Shown here piece after piece: positions 1-12,780 of a stretch of 64,000 nt of DNA (positions are counted from its first letter, which is position 1; every line of letters starts with the position of its first letter). The DNA comes from Octopus sinensis (lineage: Eukaryota). Location: the NCBI RefSeq assembly GCF_006345805.1, contig NC_043004.1, positions 38,564,001 through 38,628,000 of the forward strand. The letters run 5' to 3'. A program made the position numbers and the translations under genes. The notes beneath the pieces are model-generated. The model saw only the letters and a program-made list of their open reading frames with translations, made no database searches and was not told where the DNA came from.

Positions 1-499
1 ATTGAGATGGCTTGTATACCTTACATTGTCGTGCAGTTACTGTTTACATCTCGTTCAGAGATTCATTATTGCTTGCAGGCAATTATACTATAATTTGTTT
101 CTTATTATCTTAATTATAAAATATATAACCCCAAAAGTTTTTGTAATCTAAAATGTAAAAAAAAAAAGACAAACATTTTTTTTTCATTGTAGTAGTCAAA
201 AAACGCAAGTTGCAGTGCTAAATATTGACTGAAATTATCCAAATGAAAGATATAAACAAATCAATTTATTAGTCAATCAGTCATTCAAAGTTAAATGTTA
301 AGTATAAAAACTATAATTGTAAGTTTGATTAAGTATTCAATCATTAATTAGTAATTATAAGAAACAAAAAGTAAAGAAATGACCCTATTTGATTCAAACC
401 ATTCATACATTTTATTTATTTAAATTTGTAAACATGCAGGAGCACCATTTTTTTAATTTAATTTTTTTTCTTAAAACATAGAAAAAAAATTGGCGGTGG

Positions 500-2940
500 G
501 GTTGTATATTTTATAATTAAGATACTCACACAGATATCTAGGGACATTTTAATGAGTGGTCGTAACACCATTGAGAGAAAGCAGGATAGCCTATAAATGC
601 TGGAGAAATTTGCTCCGTAAACTGGCCGGGTTGACGTGAGTAAACAATCCTTCAGGTTGGTAGCTGTATACGCTCCTGTGAAGGGTATGCAGTCAGGTTT
701 TTACCGGGAACTGGAGCACTTTCTAGTGACGTCTAAAACGTTATTTTTTTTAGGGGACTTCAACTCTATCCTCGAAGCGCGGGTCGATAGTGTGGGTTCA
801 ACTGATAGGAAAGGGAATCCTTGCCTCAAGGGTCTGCTAGAGAGCTATTATCTAGTAGACCGCTACCGACTGGAGGAGCCGAACGTTCCACAGTGGACGT
901 GGAGTAACAACGACGGCTCACTCAGATCGTACATAGATAGGGTATTTATTAAGGAAAGAGATAAGAATAGTGTTAGTTGTCCACAGTTTTGAATTGTGCC
1001 TTACACGGATCACAAACTTGTGACGTGTGAGGTACACGTAGATAAATGTCATAGACAGAGACCCGGGTACTGGAAAATGAACAAGTCTATTTTGTCTTGT
1101 CAAGCTTTCCGTACCCGGATTAAGGAGTTAGTTCAGAGGGCATTATGTGGAACCATCATTAACAATAGATGGTGGCACGCCCTCAAAAGAGCCATTCGTT
1201 CAGAGTCCATTAGATTTAGCAAGCAGCTAAGTTTAGATAGGACTAGAATAGAGGGCGACCTAGTTAAGAACTTAGACGAGGCAATGGAATCTGGCTCTGC
1301 ATCTAGAGTGTTGGCAGCGAGAACGGTCTTGTACCGCCACCTCAACGCCAAGCATGAAGGCTGCAGAGTCAGAGCCAAGCTACGCGCAGGGAAGCGAGAA
1401 GGTATTAACGTGGCTGGATGGGCACGTCGTGTGGAGAGTCAGAGAGGTAAAATGTCCTCTATAAAGTCTTTAACGGACGAGCGGGGACGCAAGATCTATG
1501 GACAGGAGGAGATTCAGAAAGTCTTTCACCAGCATTTTGCTCAGTTGTTCGTGGGGAGTGGTCCGCTTGAGCGGGGGGAACCCTTAAGGGACTTCCTAGC
1601 CGGTGGGCCACGACTTTCGACACGTGAGGCTGAATGCTGTGAAGGACCGATCACTCCCGAGGAGGTAAGAGAAGTGTTGGCCGAGTGCGCCGGGGAAAAG
1701 TCGACGGGGCTAGATGGTCTGCCCTATGAGTTTTATCGTTGTATGCCGGACTCGTTCGGGGATATACTGGCGGGTGTCTATGCAAACTGGCAACAGAACG
1801 GGATAATTCCCAGTTCTGTGAGCCGGGGAGTTGTGACACTGATCCAGAAAGACCCGAGCAAGGGGGATTGTATCAGTAATTACAGGCCCATAACACTACT
1901 TAAATGTAGAGTTAAAGATTTTGGCCAAGGTGCTAGCAAAAAAGGTTGACGGTTGTCGTGAAGAAACTTGTCGGGAAGGCACAGACATGTGCAATCCCAC
2001 GCAGGTCGATTCAGGATAATCTTCACCTTCTACGCTACACCTTAGATAGGGTTGGGAAATTAGCCGGGAAAGGAGGGGCATTGGTCCATTTAGACCAAAG
2101 TAAAGCGTTCGATAGGGGCGGTCCTCGAAGCGGCAGGGCTGGACACTGGCTTTCGTGGGTGGATCTCTGCTATGTACAGGGGCAAAAGTTAACAAGGACA
2201 AGACGATCGGTTTGCGCCTCGGCACCTGGAGGAACAAACCGATATCGTCCAGTGTCGTCGGACACTGGACAGATGATCCTGTTAAGTTGCTCGGAGTGTG
2301 GTTTGGTCCGGAATCCCAGGCGGAGAAGAATTGGAGCGAGGTAGTGAACAAGGTGGAGGCCATAGTACGGAAGTGGTCCGGAAGGCCTCTGTCCTTGAAG
2401 GGCAGGGCGGAGATGGTGCAGGTGTTTATAGCATGTTTTTACTGTACGGTTGCAATATTGAAAGAGTGCGTCTGGAGAACGAGAATGGAAGGTGCGTTGA
2501 AAGGGTCTTCATCTCAGGCCCCGGTTTGCTGACCTACTTCAGATACCATCTGAAGAGCAGAGCAAGATGGGGCTGGAGAGGAGGACCCTGCCACCGAGAG
2601 TATTCGAGAAACGATGGAAGGATGTGATGAGAAAGGTGGGTGTTAGCAACCCAGCTTAATTGTTGAGGAAAGGAAAAGTTCGTTGCTGGGTTTTACAGGC
2701 TGCCGGGTGCGACCCATAACGTTTTGTTCGTGTTTTTCTTTGATTTAGTTTCAGTTTAAATCAAAGTTCTATTTAAAGGAAAATTCAAACGATACATAAA
2801 ATACATATTATTTAAGTAAATTTTTAATATTTATATCATGCGAACTCATGTAACATCTTTGTCTTTTGTTTGTCCTGTATTGTCCCATTCTATGTAAGAT
2901 CATTGTTTGTCCTGTATTGTCCCATTCTATGTAAGAGGCT
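500..2940 (+). mobile_element. Tx1/L1-clade LINE ORF2 remnant (APE endonuclease plus partial RT), internally deleted
   Basis: GDFN, SYIDRVF and TDHKLV (APE); GLDGLPYEFY, NYRPITLL and LDQSKAFDR (RT); the YADD region is deleted near 2115-2175; stops and frameshifts; the 3' UTR has a ~36-bp tandem duplication at 2866-2937. Confidence 0.92.
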
Positions 2941-3414
2941 GTGAGAGCCTCAGTTCAAATCGCACGTGTCTCAAATGGCTGGAGAATTTCTATTTTGGAT
3001 GTATTTGGGGTACTTAATTGTGCTCATGACTTACTGTTTGCTTCTTCCATGGGTATGAGTAAGTATCTTATTTATTTCTTTGCCACATTTATCACTGACA
3101 AAGGGAGGGTTCTTACTAACTAACCCTGAAATCGGTCCGATATGGTAATAATGGAATTTTTTAGTAATTTCTGTCGGATTTTTTTTGAGTAGCATGCGTA
3201 TTCTGAAAAAATTATAATGGTTATGGACAATGCGTCTAATTTCGGCATATTTGGCATTAGAAATTTTTTTTCTTTTGCCCTTATTTATAAGTTGTTTATA
3301 AATTTAACCTTTAAAGGTATTTTTTAATATGCTGGCCATTGATAAGAAATTTTTTTTTCGAAAAAAATTTATCCTACATTAAATGTATATATACAAATAT
3401 ATATACACACACAT

Positions 3415-3461
<47 letters not shown>

Positions 3462-3468
3462 CATATAC

Positions 3469-3516
<48 letters not shown>

Positions 3517-3665
3517 AATATAAGAGAGTGGTCACTATATGGCTCACTCTAGCACCAGTTAATCCAAAAGGTTTCAACCACAAAAATACATGTTTCCCAT
3601 GAAAGTCAGTACGATTGTTAGCTCACACGGACAGGGCAAATAAAAAATAACAAAAATACAGATTA

Positions 3666-3747
3666 TTTTGGGACAATTGTTTCGCTATTAATGAATTAAA
3701 TGTAATTTTACTTACAAAAAAATCCACTTGTAGCTCCTCAGCCAAAA
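3666..3747 (-). ncRNA. Type I hammerhead ribozyme, copy 1
   Basis: Minus strand reads UUUUGG-CUGAGGA-GCUA...UAGC-GAAAC-AAUU-GUC^-CCAAAA. Confidence 0.85.
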
Positions 3748-4204
3748 CTATCTGGATGAAATCCACTCAATCACACGCCAGATTTTACCATAACGATAAA
3801 TACGCGTGTGGTTCAATTGATTACATCCGACGTTATAATTCAAATGCCCCAACTAACAGCGCGCCAAATTTTCACGGAAAACAAATACAGCATTTAGAAA
3901 TAAATGCAGCATAATTATAATTAATTAATTAATAAGGGTGAGAGAATTAGATACTAATTTAATAGTATATCTATTCTACACCAAGTGGCCTAGTGCTCCG
4001 AGAAACCTGGATTATTATAATATTTTATAATATATTATAATATTTTTACAAAATAAATATAAGAGAGTGGTCACTATATGGCTCACTCTAGCACCAGTTA
4101 ATCCAAAAGGTTTCAACCACAAAAATACATGTTTCCCATGAAAGTCAGTACGATTGTTAGCTCACACGGACAGGGCAAATAAAAAATAACAAAAATACAG
4201 ATTA

Positions 4205-4286
4205 TTTTGGGACAATTGTTTCGCTATTAATGAATTAAATGTAATTTTACTTACAAAAAAATCCACTTGTAGCTCCTCAGCCAAAA
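4205..4286 (-). ncRNA. Type I hammerhead ribozyme, copy 2
   Basis: Identical to copy 1, 539 nt away. Confidence 0.85.
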
Positions 4287-4395
4287 CTATCTGGATGAAA
4301 TCCACTCAATCACACGCCAGATTTTACCATAACGATAAATACGCGTGTGGTTCAATTGATTACATCCGACGTTATAATTCAAATGCCCCAGATAG

Positions 4396-4477
4396 TTTTG
4401 GCTGAGGAGCTACAAGTGGATTTTTTTGTAAGTAAAATTACATTTAATTCATTAATAGCGAAACAATTGTCCCAAAA
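4396..4477 (+). ncRNA. Type I hammerhead ribozyme, copy 3
   Basis: Stem I ttttgg/ccaaaa; core CTGAGGA 4402-4408; stem II gcta/tagc; GAAA 4460-4463; stem III AC-AATT-GT; predicted cleavage after GUC at 4471. Confidence 0.88.
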
Positions 4478-4934
4478 TAATCTGTATTTTTGTTATTTTT
4501 TATTTGCCCTGTCCGTGTGAGCTAACAATCGTACTGACTTTCATGGGAAACATGTATTTTTGTGGTTGAAACCTTTTGGATTAACTGGTGCTAGAGTGAG
4601 CCATATAGTGACCACTCTCTTATATTTATTTTGTAAAAATATTATAATATATTATAAAATATTATAATAATCCAGGTTTCTCGGAGCACTAGGCCACTTG
4701 GTGTAGAATAGATATACTATTAAATTAGTATCTAATTCTCTCACCCTTATTAATTAATTAATTATAATTATGCTGCATTTATTTCTAAATGCTGTATTTG
4801 TTTTCCGTGAAAATTTGGCGCGCTGTTAGTTGGGGCATTTGAATTATAACGTCGGATGTAATCAATTGAACTACACGCGTATTTATCGTTATGGTAAAAT
4901 CTGGCGTGTGATTGAGTGGATTTCATCCAGATAG

Positions 4935-5016
4935 TTTTGGCTGAGGAGCTACAAGTGGATTTTTTTGTAAGTAAAATTACATTTAATTCATTAATAGCGA
5001 AACAATTGTCCCAAAA
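4935..5016 (+). ncRNA. Type I hammerhead ribozyme, copy 4
   Basis: Identical to copy 3; predicted cleavage after 5010. Confidence 0.88.
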
Positions 5017-5312
5017 TAATCTGTATTTTTGTTATTTTTTATTTGCCCTGTCCGTGTGAGCTAACAATCGTACTGACTTTCATGGGAAACATGTATTTTT
5101 GTGGTTGAAACCTTTTGGATTAACTGGTGCTAGAGTGAGCCATATAGTGACCACTCTCTTATATTTATTTTGTAAAAATATTATAATATATTATAATATT
5201 TTATAATATATTATAAAATATTATAATAATCCAGGTTTCTCGGAGCACTAGGCCACTTGGTGTAGAATAGATATACTATTAAATTAGTATCTAATTCTCT
5301 CACCCTTATTAA

Positions 5313-5379
<67 letters not shown>

Positions 5380-5924
5380 CCTTTCTAGCGTCACTCACAT
5401 TTTTTGTCACATTTTACTTCCTATCTTTTTTTTCTACAAATTTTTATTGCACAAAAATAGCATTTTTAGATTCCTCCTTTGAGCGTAAATAAAATATAGA
5501 TTGCTTTTAAATTAAGAAGGTTTTTTTAAGTCAAAGTCGGCTGAAGGCGTTACATTTTTCGGCACTTTTCGCTTCACAACTTCTGTACATTAAATATTCT
5601 TTTGATGACATGTTTAGATTCCTCTCGTTTCGTTCTACCATTTAAGTTTAAATAAAATATAGTTTGTTTGTAAAATAAAAAGTCTACTTCTTTCAAAGTC
5701 AAAATTTCAAAGTCAAAATTTGACCTTACTCTCCCCATTTGGGCCTCAGACATTTCAATGTAACTGTTTTCCGCAGAACAAAATTTTAATATTTTTATAC
5801 AAAAATGTAGCTTGCGAGGTGAATAGAAACGTTATCAGTTTTGAATTTGGTAGAGAAATGAGATAGCAACAAAGCTTTCTTTGAAGAGGCTGCGAGAGAG
5901 TAATTGACGACCTTAAGAATATTC

Positions 5925-6137
5925 TTTTCTGCTCTAGGAACAAGGCCCGAAATCTTTGGGGAGGTGGGCAATCGATTAGATCGACCTCAGTACGCAGCTA
6001 TTATTTAATTTATCGACTCCGAAAGGATGAAAGGCAAAGTTGACCTCAGCGGAATTTGAACTCAAAACGTTAAAGATAGACGAAATACTGGTATGTATTT
6101 CGCCCGGCGTGCTAACGTTTCTGCCTGCTCGCCGCCA
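5925..6137 (-). mobile_element. tRNA-derived SINE, family A (Meta-domain-like core)
   Basis: Head ggcggcgagcaggcagaaacgttagcacgccggg; core gcctttcatcctttcggagtcgataaa; many copies in the window. Confidence 0.85.
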
Positions 6138-8039
6138 TGTCGACCTTAATATTATTCAACTACTACCGTGGTTGAATGATATGGATAATGATCTTCGATA
6201 ATTCAACATGGTCTACTCATATAAATATATTATATTTCATTCGATTTTGTTGTTATTTATGTCATAAGCTGGACTAATTGAAAAAAATGATTTAAACATT
6301 TTCTGATATTCAATATTCTAAATATTGTAATGTTACCAAATCTTTGGATTAGGTCTTGAGATATCAAAAATTATAACCGCTTATATCTGTCCAATCACAA
6401 TTTAACTTTATTAGAAACCGTATCATAATATCGGCCACTTCTGGGGCATTATAAGTGCACAAGTATTAAGACTCAGTAATGTATAGTTGCAAAGTCAGTT
6501 TCCAGAAATATCTACAAAGTACGGTAAACAAACTGCAAAATTTAAATATCTCGATTATTCTGCTGTACATTGTTGATATTTATGTCTCCTTGTTGATGCA
6601 GTTTTTAATTACTGCAGCTTGAAATTCCGGTTCTACATTATAAATTACAAGTAACAGTGCATATGTTTTTAGCATATAATTAGAAGCATAATTAACCTAA
6701 TTTCTAGTTGTACTAGAATTAATGATCAAGGAGAGCATTCGTCACGCGAAAGGGAGTGTGACATTGTAAGTGTATTATGGTTTCGTTAAGAGATTTAAGA
6801 GATTCTGTAGTCACCAAGAGACATAAGTACTCTCTTGACCCTACCACACATAACCCAGAGGAAGTGTTAGACAAAGAGTTCGAGTCGGTTGTACTAGGAC
6901 TCATTTCACCTGTGTAAGCTGTAACAATATATAATGAAGGAGTTAATCCGTCGACTGTCCAAGGAACGAAGCGACGAAGTAATAATCTTCAGATTAACGC
7001 ACCAACAACCATGCTATATCTCTACATGAAATTTATGAAGACATGCAGATTATTATAAAATAAGTTTACTTCCATCTCACTCAGCACCTCTCATTCTATA
7101 TGTGGCTATACGTGTTAGTTCATCGTATCAAATGTACTCGCAGTTGTTCAATGTGCATGTTGATACCCGTTGCTGTGTGTTGCATATCATTAGTAAACAA
7201 TTCAGTTGAGGAGTAAGATAGAAAATTAATGGGTGAAAGTTAAATGTAAAGAATCATAGTAGCAGAGTTAGTAAGATGCAAAGAAGAGTCGATGGGAAAA
7301 ATAGAGAGAAAATTATAAAACAATTGACAAACATTAGAGAATCATTGGAAGAGGTGATGTAGGGTCAGAAAAGACCTCGAGATGTGTATGTTGGGTCACA
7401 ATGATTGTACATGGGCGTACACATCTCAGTAAACCCAAGTTTCTGTTGGAATTGTATTCTCAAATGCGACTTCAATTTCATACTTGATTCACATAATCTT
7501 TGAACTACGTAGATGGAAGCAGTCTCACATTCAGCCCGATTGCTCTGATTTATTTTCATCCTTGCATGTACGGGAATATCCATCATCATAGATCTACATA
7601 AACTAATATAAAATACAGAAGGGATCAAGAAATGAAATTTCTATGAATTTCTATTACAAAGCATTTACAATACTTTTGTCATTTTGTCGGTTGCCATAGA
7701 AGATTTCCCTGACAAGCATAGCGAGACGACGAGCAAATTTTTACCTTAGAGTAACTTTCTTCTAAAAGGCTGCCTTCTCGATAGCGTTGAAAAAAAACAA
7801 CAACCGGAATCTCCACAATACCTCGGAAATCTATTTAATGTTTAGATGGGAAACTGACAAGCAATAATATTCTGGGCCATAACGGACCTGGATTAATGGT
7901 AATTAAGGAGTAATTTCATGCTCCCCACAACTCCAAAAATATCCCGAACTAGAGCCTCATAACATGATGAAGTGGAATTTCATACCCATGACATAATGCT
8001 ATCATATGACAGTCGACAGCGCCGTAGGGCACTGAATTT

Positions 8040-8960
8040 AACAATCGGTTAAATTGCTCGTGGCTTGGATTAGACCGGTCCACCAGGTGGACAAGTACTT
8101 AGGTTAGGCCACGATCAGAGTATCCAGACTTACTCAAAAATAGGCAGAGAGAAAGTTGTGCGTAAATGGTTGGGTGGAGGTGGCTAATGCCTATATCGTC
8201 GCCATTTACTCTATTTTGTGACTAATCAACCTGGAGCGCGCTTATTCTCCCATTTTCTATGGAAGGGGCGTGTTTCGCACGTCAGCCACCTGCTGCTGCT
8301 GAGAGGAGGCATCCGCATGCGGTGGCTAATGATGCGCAGACATGCACTGAGGCTGCAATATTATCAGTGTATTCTCGACGGTGAGCAAGTGTGATCGCCG
8401 TTTGTTAGACGGGATTTTCCTCTTCTCGTCTCAGTGACGGAGCTACAGCCCTAGATCCAGCGTAGACCGAGAAAGAGAACTTGACACCTGGAGTATCGAC
8501 AAGTGCTCACAGCTCGCTGCCAATCGCGCAATGTTGTCAGTGAAAGTTCTACTTTTGAATTCTGTTAGGGATTAGTGGCAGGCAAGAGCGATGACGTTTT
8601 TGGGGGAAACTCTGGGTGTCGGCAGGGAGCAATCAGTTGGTCATTTCCGGAGGAATTTCGGGAAGGGGACTATGGAACTACCAGGGAGCTCTGCTAGTTC
8701 GAGACAGGCTCTACGTATATGTCGCCAGAAGGACTTCCTCGAGATATGCAGGGCGATGTCACCATTCTGAGTGCATTCATACACTACAGGAATTCGTGAC
8801 ATGTGGACCGTTGTCAAACAGATATTGACGGGTGTAGGAAGGACCTAGTTATCAGCCAAGTCGATCGTGAAGATCGACTTCAAGAGACTTCAAGAGACAA
8901 CAAGTTAGAATTTCATGTTGATGTTATGCCTAGGGTGTCATATATTTGGTTCTGCACATA
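8040..8960 (+). mobile_element. Degenerate Tx1 ORF2 C-terminal fragment
   Basis: Translates to FLWKGR...GG..M.WLMMRRHALRL and W.YQGAL.VRDRL; homologous to 20180-20320. Confidence 0.65.
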
Positions 8961-9189
8961 GTATTATTGTCCCAGAAAATGTTTAAGAAAGCATAAGAAA
9001 ATTATGAATTAATTTGATACAGTCCTGTCAACTGATCAAACATTTCCCACCTTTTCTTCTGGACAAGTACAGCCCTACTGGTCATCCGTTGGGTGGAAGG
9101 CACCGTGTACTGGCAACATTGAAAAAAATTTTGTATTCATTTTCATCACTCCTCTTTTTTGCATACCGCTCGCTCCATACTAAAGTGAT

Positions 9190-11060
9190 GCTTTCGTCCA
9201 TATATTAACCGTTTGGATTTTATTCCACCCGGTCAATTTTGAGCAGACTACAAACCTTAGTCGTCGGAAATATTCTATCCTCAATTGTTCTTTTATTTCA
9301 TACACCATTATCTCGTTGAACTCTAGTGTGCCAAGTTATTTGCAACCTTCTGTTTCAATTTGTTTAATCAATTCTGTATTCGGTAATTCTCTCTCTGCTT
9401 GGGACTTGACTTTACCTTGCCTCTTTTAGGTAGAATATTCCGCACATTTTGAGTCTGAATTCCATTCTAATATCAGTAATAAAATAGTGCACCGTGTTTA
9501 CCAAAGAACTCACTTGTGTCTCATCTTTGCCATACAGTTTCAAATCATCTATGAAAAGGATGTACTTAATTGTTTGGGATTTCCCCATTACTTGGTATCC
9601 TAGGTTTATTTTCCTAACTATCAAGGTCAGGTGTATCATAGAAACAAAAAGCAGTGAGAGATACGCTATCACCCTGGAAAATCCCTCTTTTGATAAACAG
9701 GATGCCGAAGCTTTTTTCCGTAAGATGTCAGTTCAGTTTTCCCCCTCATCATACTTCTTTTCAGGAAACACGTTATGTTCCTCGCAATTCCAAAGAAATC
9801 TAAGCACCCGATGATCCGCGAATGTTGAATCATGTCATAAGCTTTGCGATAGTCAATCCAGACCGATCCTAAATTTGTTCTCCTTCGTTTACAATCTTGC
9901 ATAACCATTTTCACTATCAATAATTGACCTTTGGTACCTCTGGATCTCCTGCTACAGCCTTTTTCTTTCGTCGGTAATATATCGTTCTCATAAAGAAATT
10001 TGTACAGATCTTCTGCAATTCCTCCTGAGAGCAACTTCCACAACAATGGAAGGCAAGAAATTGACCTGTAATTTTTAGCAGCATTTTTCTTTGATGCATC
10101 CTTCAGACACAGCACCTTTCGCCCTTTTGTCAACCAGCTTGGGATCTCGTCTCCTCCATTAATCAATGTATTTAATTATTCTGCGATCAATTTAATGCAG
10201 CTACTGAACTTTTTAAATCCCAAATCCCTGTAGACCATCAAGTTCTTCTGCTTTCAAATTGCTTATCTTTTCACTAATATTTCTGATACTATCTTCTGTG
10301 AAGTGGATAGCCTCTTGTTGGGAATAAGATGGTGTTTACTTCAGGTTACAGAGCCATTCAGCTGTAGTATTATGTTGTTCTTGCTTACTCCATATCTTAC
10401 CCCTGAAAAGTAAACCTTCATTAACATCAGGGATTAATCTTTCACATTTTTATCATCATTAACCTCTTGTTATATTCATTTTCGGTCGCTTCTAAACAAT
10501 TTGTTTTATCGGTATTATTTAATCCGTTGATCAAACCTAGTTAACTTCGCTTTCTTCTTTTTTTTTACATGTATGCGCTGCTTCAGTTCTTCAACTACAA
10601 AATTCTTACTGACAGTTTTCAAATTTCCGTTTATTCTTAAGTTCTCTATTTCTGTTCCTCACAAGTATTGACACTACACTGTTCAAGGAGTTTATATCTT
10701 CTGAAGTTTTCCTTTTCCACCTAATTTGTTTACTTCCTCTTCTATCCGTCGCTGTTCTTTTCTCAGTAGTTATCAATCCCATCCCTTCTGCCATAATCCT
10801 ACTCGAAGCCTTGATAAGGTTATTTGTTTGTGTGATATTCTTTGTTTCAATGTGTCTCAATACAATCCTGTTCATTATTAATTGGTCTTCGCTGTTTAAG
10901 TAGTCACTGATCTAAATTCTTTCACAATTTACGGCTGCATATTCTTGCGAACAATTATACAACTCTTCCACAATACCACGTTTGTTTCTTGTATGCCCAA
11001 CATCACCCGATATCCGTCTTTTAATAGCTTCTAGCCCCAATTTTGTTGACCATCAATTCT
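9190..11060 (-). mobile_element. Dong/R4-clade non-LTR retrotransposon RT remnant
   Basis: [37 protein letters not shown] and LFIDDLKLYG; adjacent to (TAA)n. Confidence 0.88.
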
Positions 11061-11068
11061 TTTGTTAT

Positions 11069-11096
11069 ATTATTATTATTATTATTATTATTATCA

Positions 11097-11179
<83 letters not shown>
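11069..11179. repeat. (TAT)n/(TAA)n microsatellite
   Basis: Read directly. Confidence 0.98.
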
Positions 11180-11340
11180 GAGTGAGAGAGCGGTGCATGG
11201 CAACAAAGTGACACTGGTGTAAAATATACGAACTCAGTATACCCAACGTGACTACCTATCTAATAAATGTACACCAGTCACATGCATCACAACCATATGT
11301 TCGCGATATAGTGATTTCATATCAAGATAAACACAGCATT
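11180..11340 (-). mobile_element. 3' fragment of the non-coding (TAA)n-associated repeat (same family as 52562-53117)
   Basis: gagtgagagagc..gcatg..aaagtgacactgg.gtaaaatatacgaa aligns with 52562 onward. Confidence 0.8.
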
Positions 11341-11344
11341 ATTA

Positions 11345-12780
11345 AGAATTTGGGCAATAGCTATGAGTACAATCTATTGATTACTTTAAGTTAAATTGTT
11401 TTGAGATAAGGAATATTGTCTAGATATTTCAGACATCCTTTTTTATCTTACTTAGGACAGCTACAATAAAAGAAACAATTTATGTTTTAAGATGCTGTAT
11501 CACTTGTATTACAATTCTCAGGTCCTTATATTTACTAAGCTTGACTAATTCCTTTACAGATATATTTTTATCAGAGAGAACATTTATTTCTATTAGTCTA
11601 CACATATTTTCTTTTCCGTCTTCAATAATTTTGTCTGGTCGATTAGTCTGGATTATTCTGTCAGTATTGATGAGAAAATCCCAGAAATGGTAACATTTTT
11701 ACCTGCAACAAATGGCTCAAGATGGTGCACATACCAGTTAGCAGGAGTATAGATTTTGCAGTGCTTAGATATTTCCCAAAGTAAATACTGTATTATCCTA
11801 TCGTGGGGATCTTTGTATTTGTTTGATATTAGCACAGGATAGACCAACACAAGACGGCGTTTTGTTTCGACAAAAGTGTTTGGAAATCTGCACTTTCGGC
11901 CAGCATCTTCTGGAAGAGCATCAGCTTGATAATTTTTGGTAAGCAAGCTTTGATCTTGTGCCACAGGTATAAAACATTTAGACTCTTCATAGAACCTTGG
12001 ACTCCTCGCCAACTTATGGTTTGGTTTTTAGTCAACATCAGCATTCTATATTGTCCATGCAAAGATTTCTGGATTCACTGATCTTCAATTTGTTTCTTCA
12101 TTCCTATAGTAGAGATTTTCTACCAGAGTTCTAATTGCATCATTGCACTTACCCCACTGCTTCTATGTAGATACAGACGGTTAACGTCTGCCTTAGAGTG
12201 GTACCTGTTCATAGATATCAGTAATCTCTTTAACTTCCTGTTCATACACTGGATTCCCAGGATTCCAGTTAATGCTACTAAAACTGTAATGGACTACTAG
12301 AAATACCAGTGTTAAATGCTTCGATGAGATTTTTAGATATAGTTCAGTCTTCAGTACAAGTCTTATTCTCTTATTGTACCCCTCTCTTATCTTTCCTTCA
12401 TATTGGAATGACTTATGTACTTATGCTATGTCTTACTTTCATTCCCTTGTGATTATCAGTTTCGCCTGGGCCAAATACTTTGATGGCATCTAATTTAGCG
12501 GATATTGTTTTTATGAGCTTGCCTCATATAAAGTTGCTTTAGCATACATATCAAAATGAAAATCTATCCCGATATAATTGCGTAAGTTAGTCATTTTGTT
12601 CTTGATGATATATCTACGTACATTACTTAACTTATGTGCATCTATATAACTTCGTACTTCATTGCCTACTAAATTTCTGTACGCAGTGTATGCTTGTACA
12701 ATGAGGTTATTGCCTGGCTTTTGTTGGGCTGTATAAGAAGCTTTAGTGGGCATTTTTCATGCTGTCACTACAGGACTAGG
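11345..12780 (-). mobile_element. Second Dong/R4-like remnant with restriction-like endonuclease C-terminus
   Basis: QDQSLLTKNY, HDRIIQYL.W, NRPD.II and KLSKYKDL; N-terminal 'IDAHKLSNVRRYIIKNK'. Confidence 0.8.

Larger units (their letters stand above)
3513..5320. mobile_element. Hammerhead-containing 539-bp non-coding tandem repeat (retrozyme or Penelope pLTR-like), head-to-head inverted array in (TA)n
   Basis: Unit period 539 nt (cleavage-site positions 3672/4211 and 4471/5010); orientation flips at 4388-4391; (TA)n on both sides; no ORF >=60 aa in the unit. Confidence 0.85.

Noticed and set aside
7365-7628. 87-aa ORF; also candidate exons at 13637-13791, 20610-20759 and 56691-56942
   Set aside because: No recognisable domain and no phase-compatible partner exons found.
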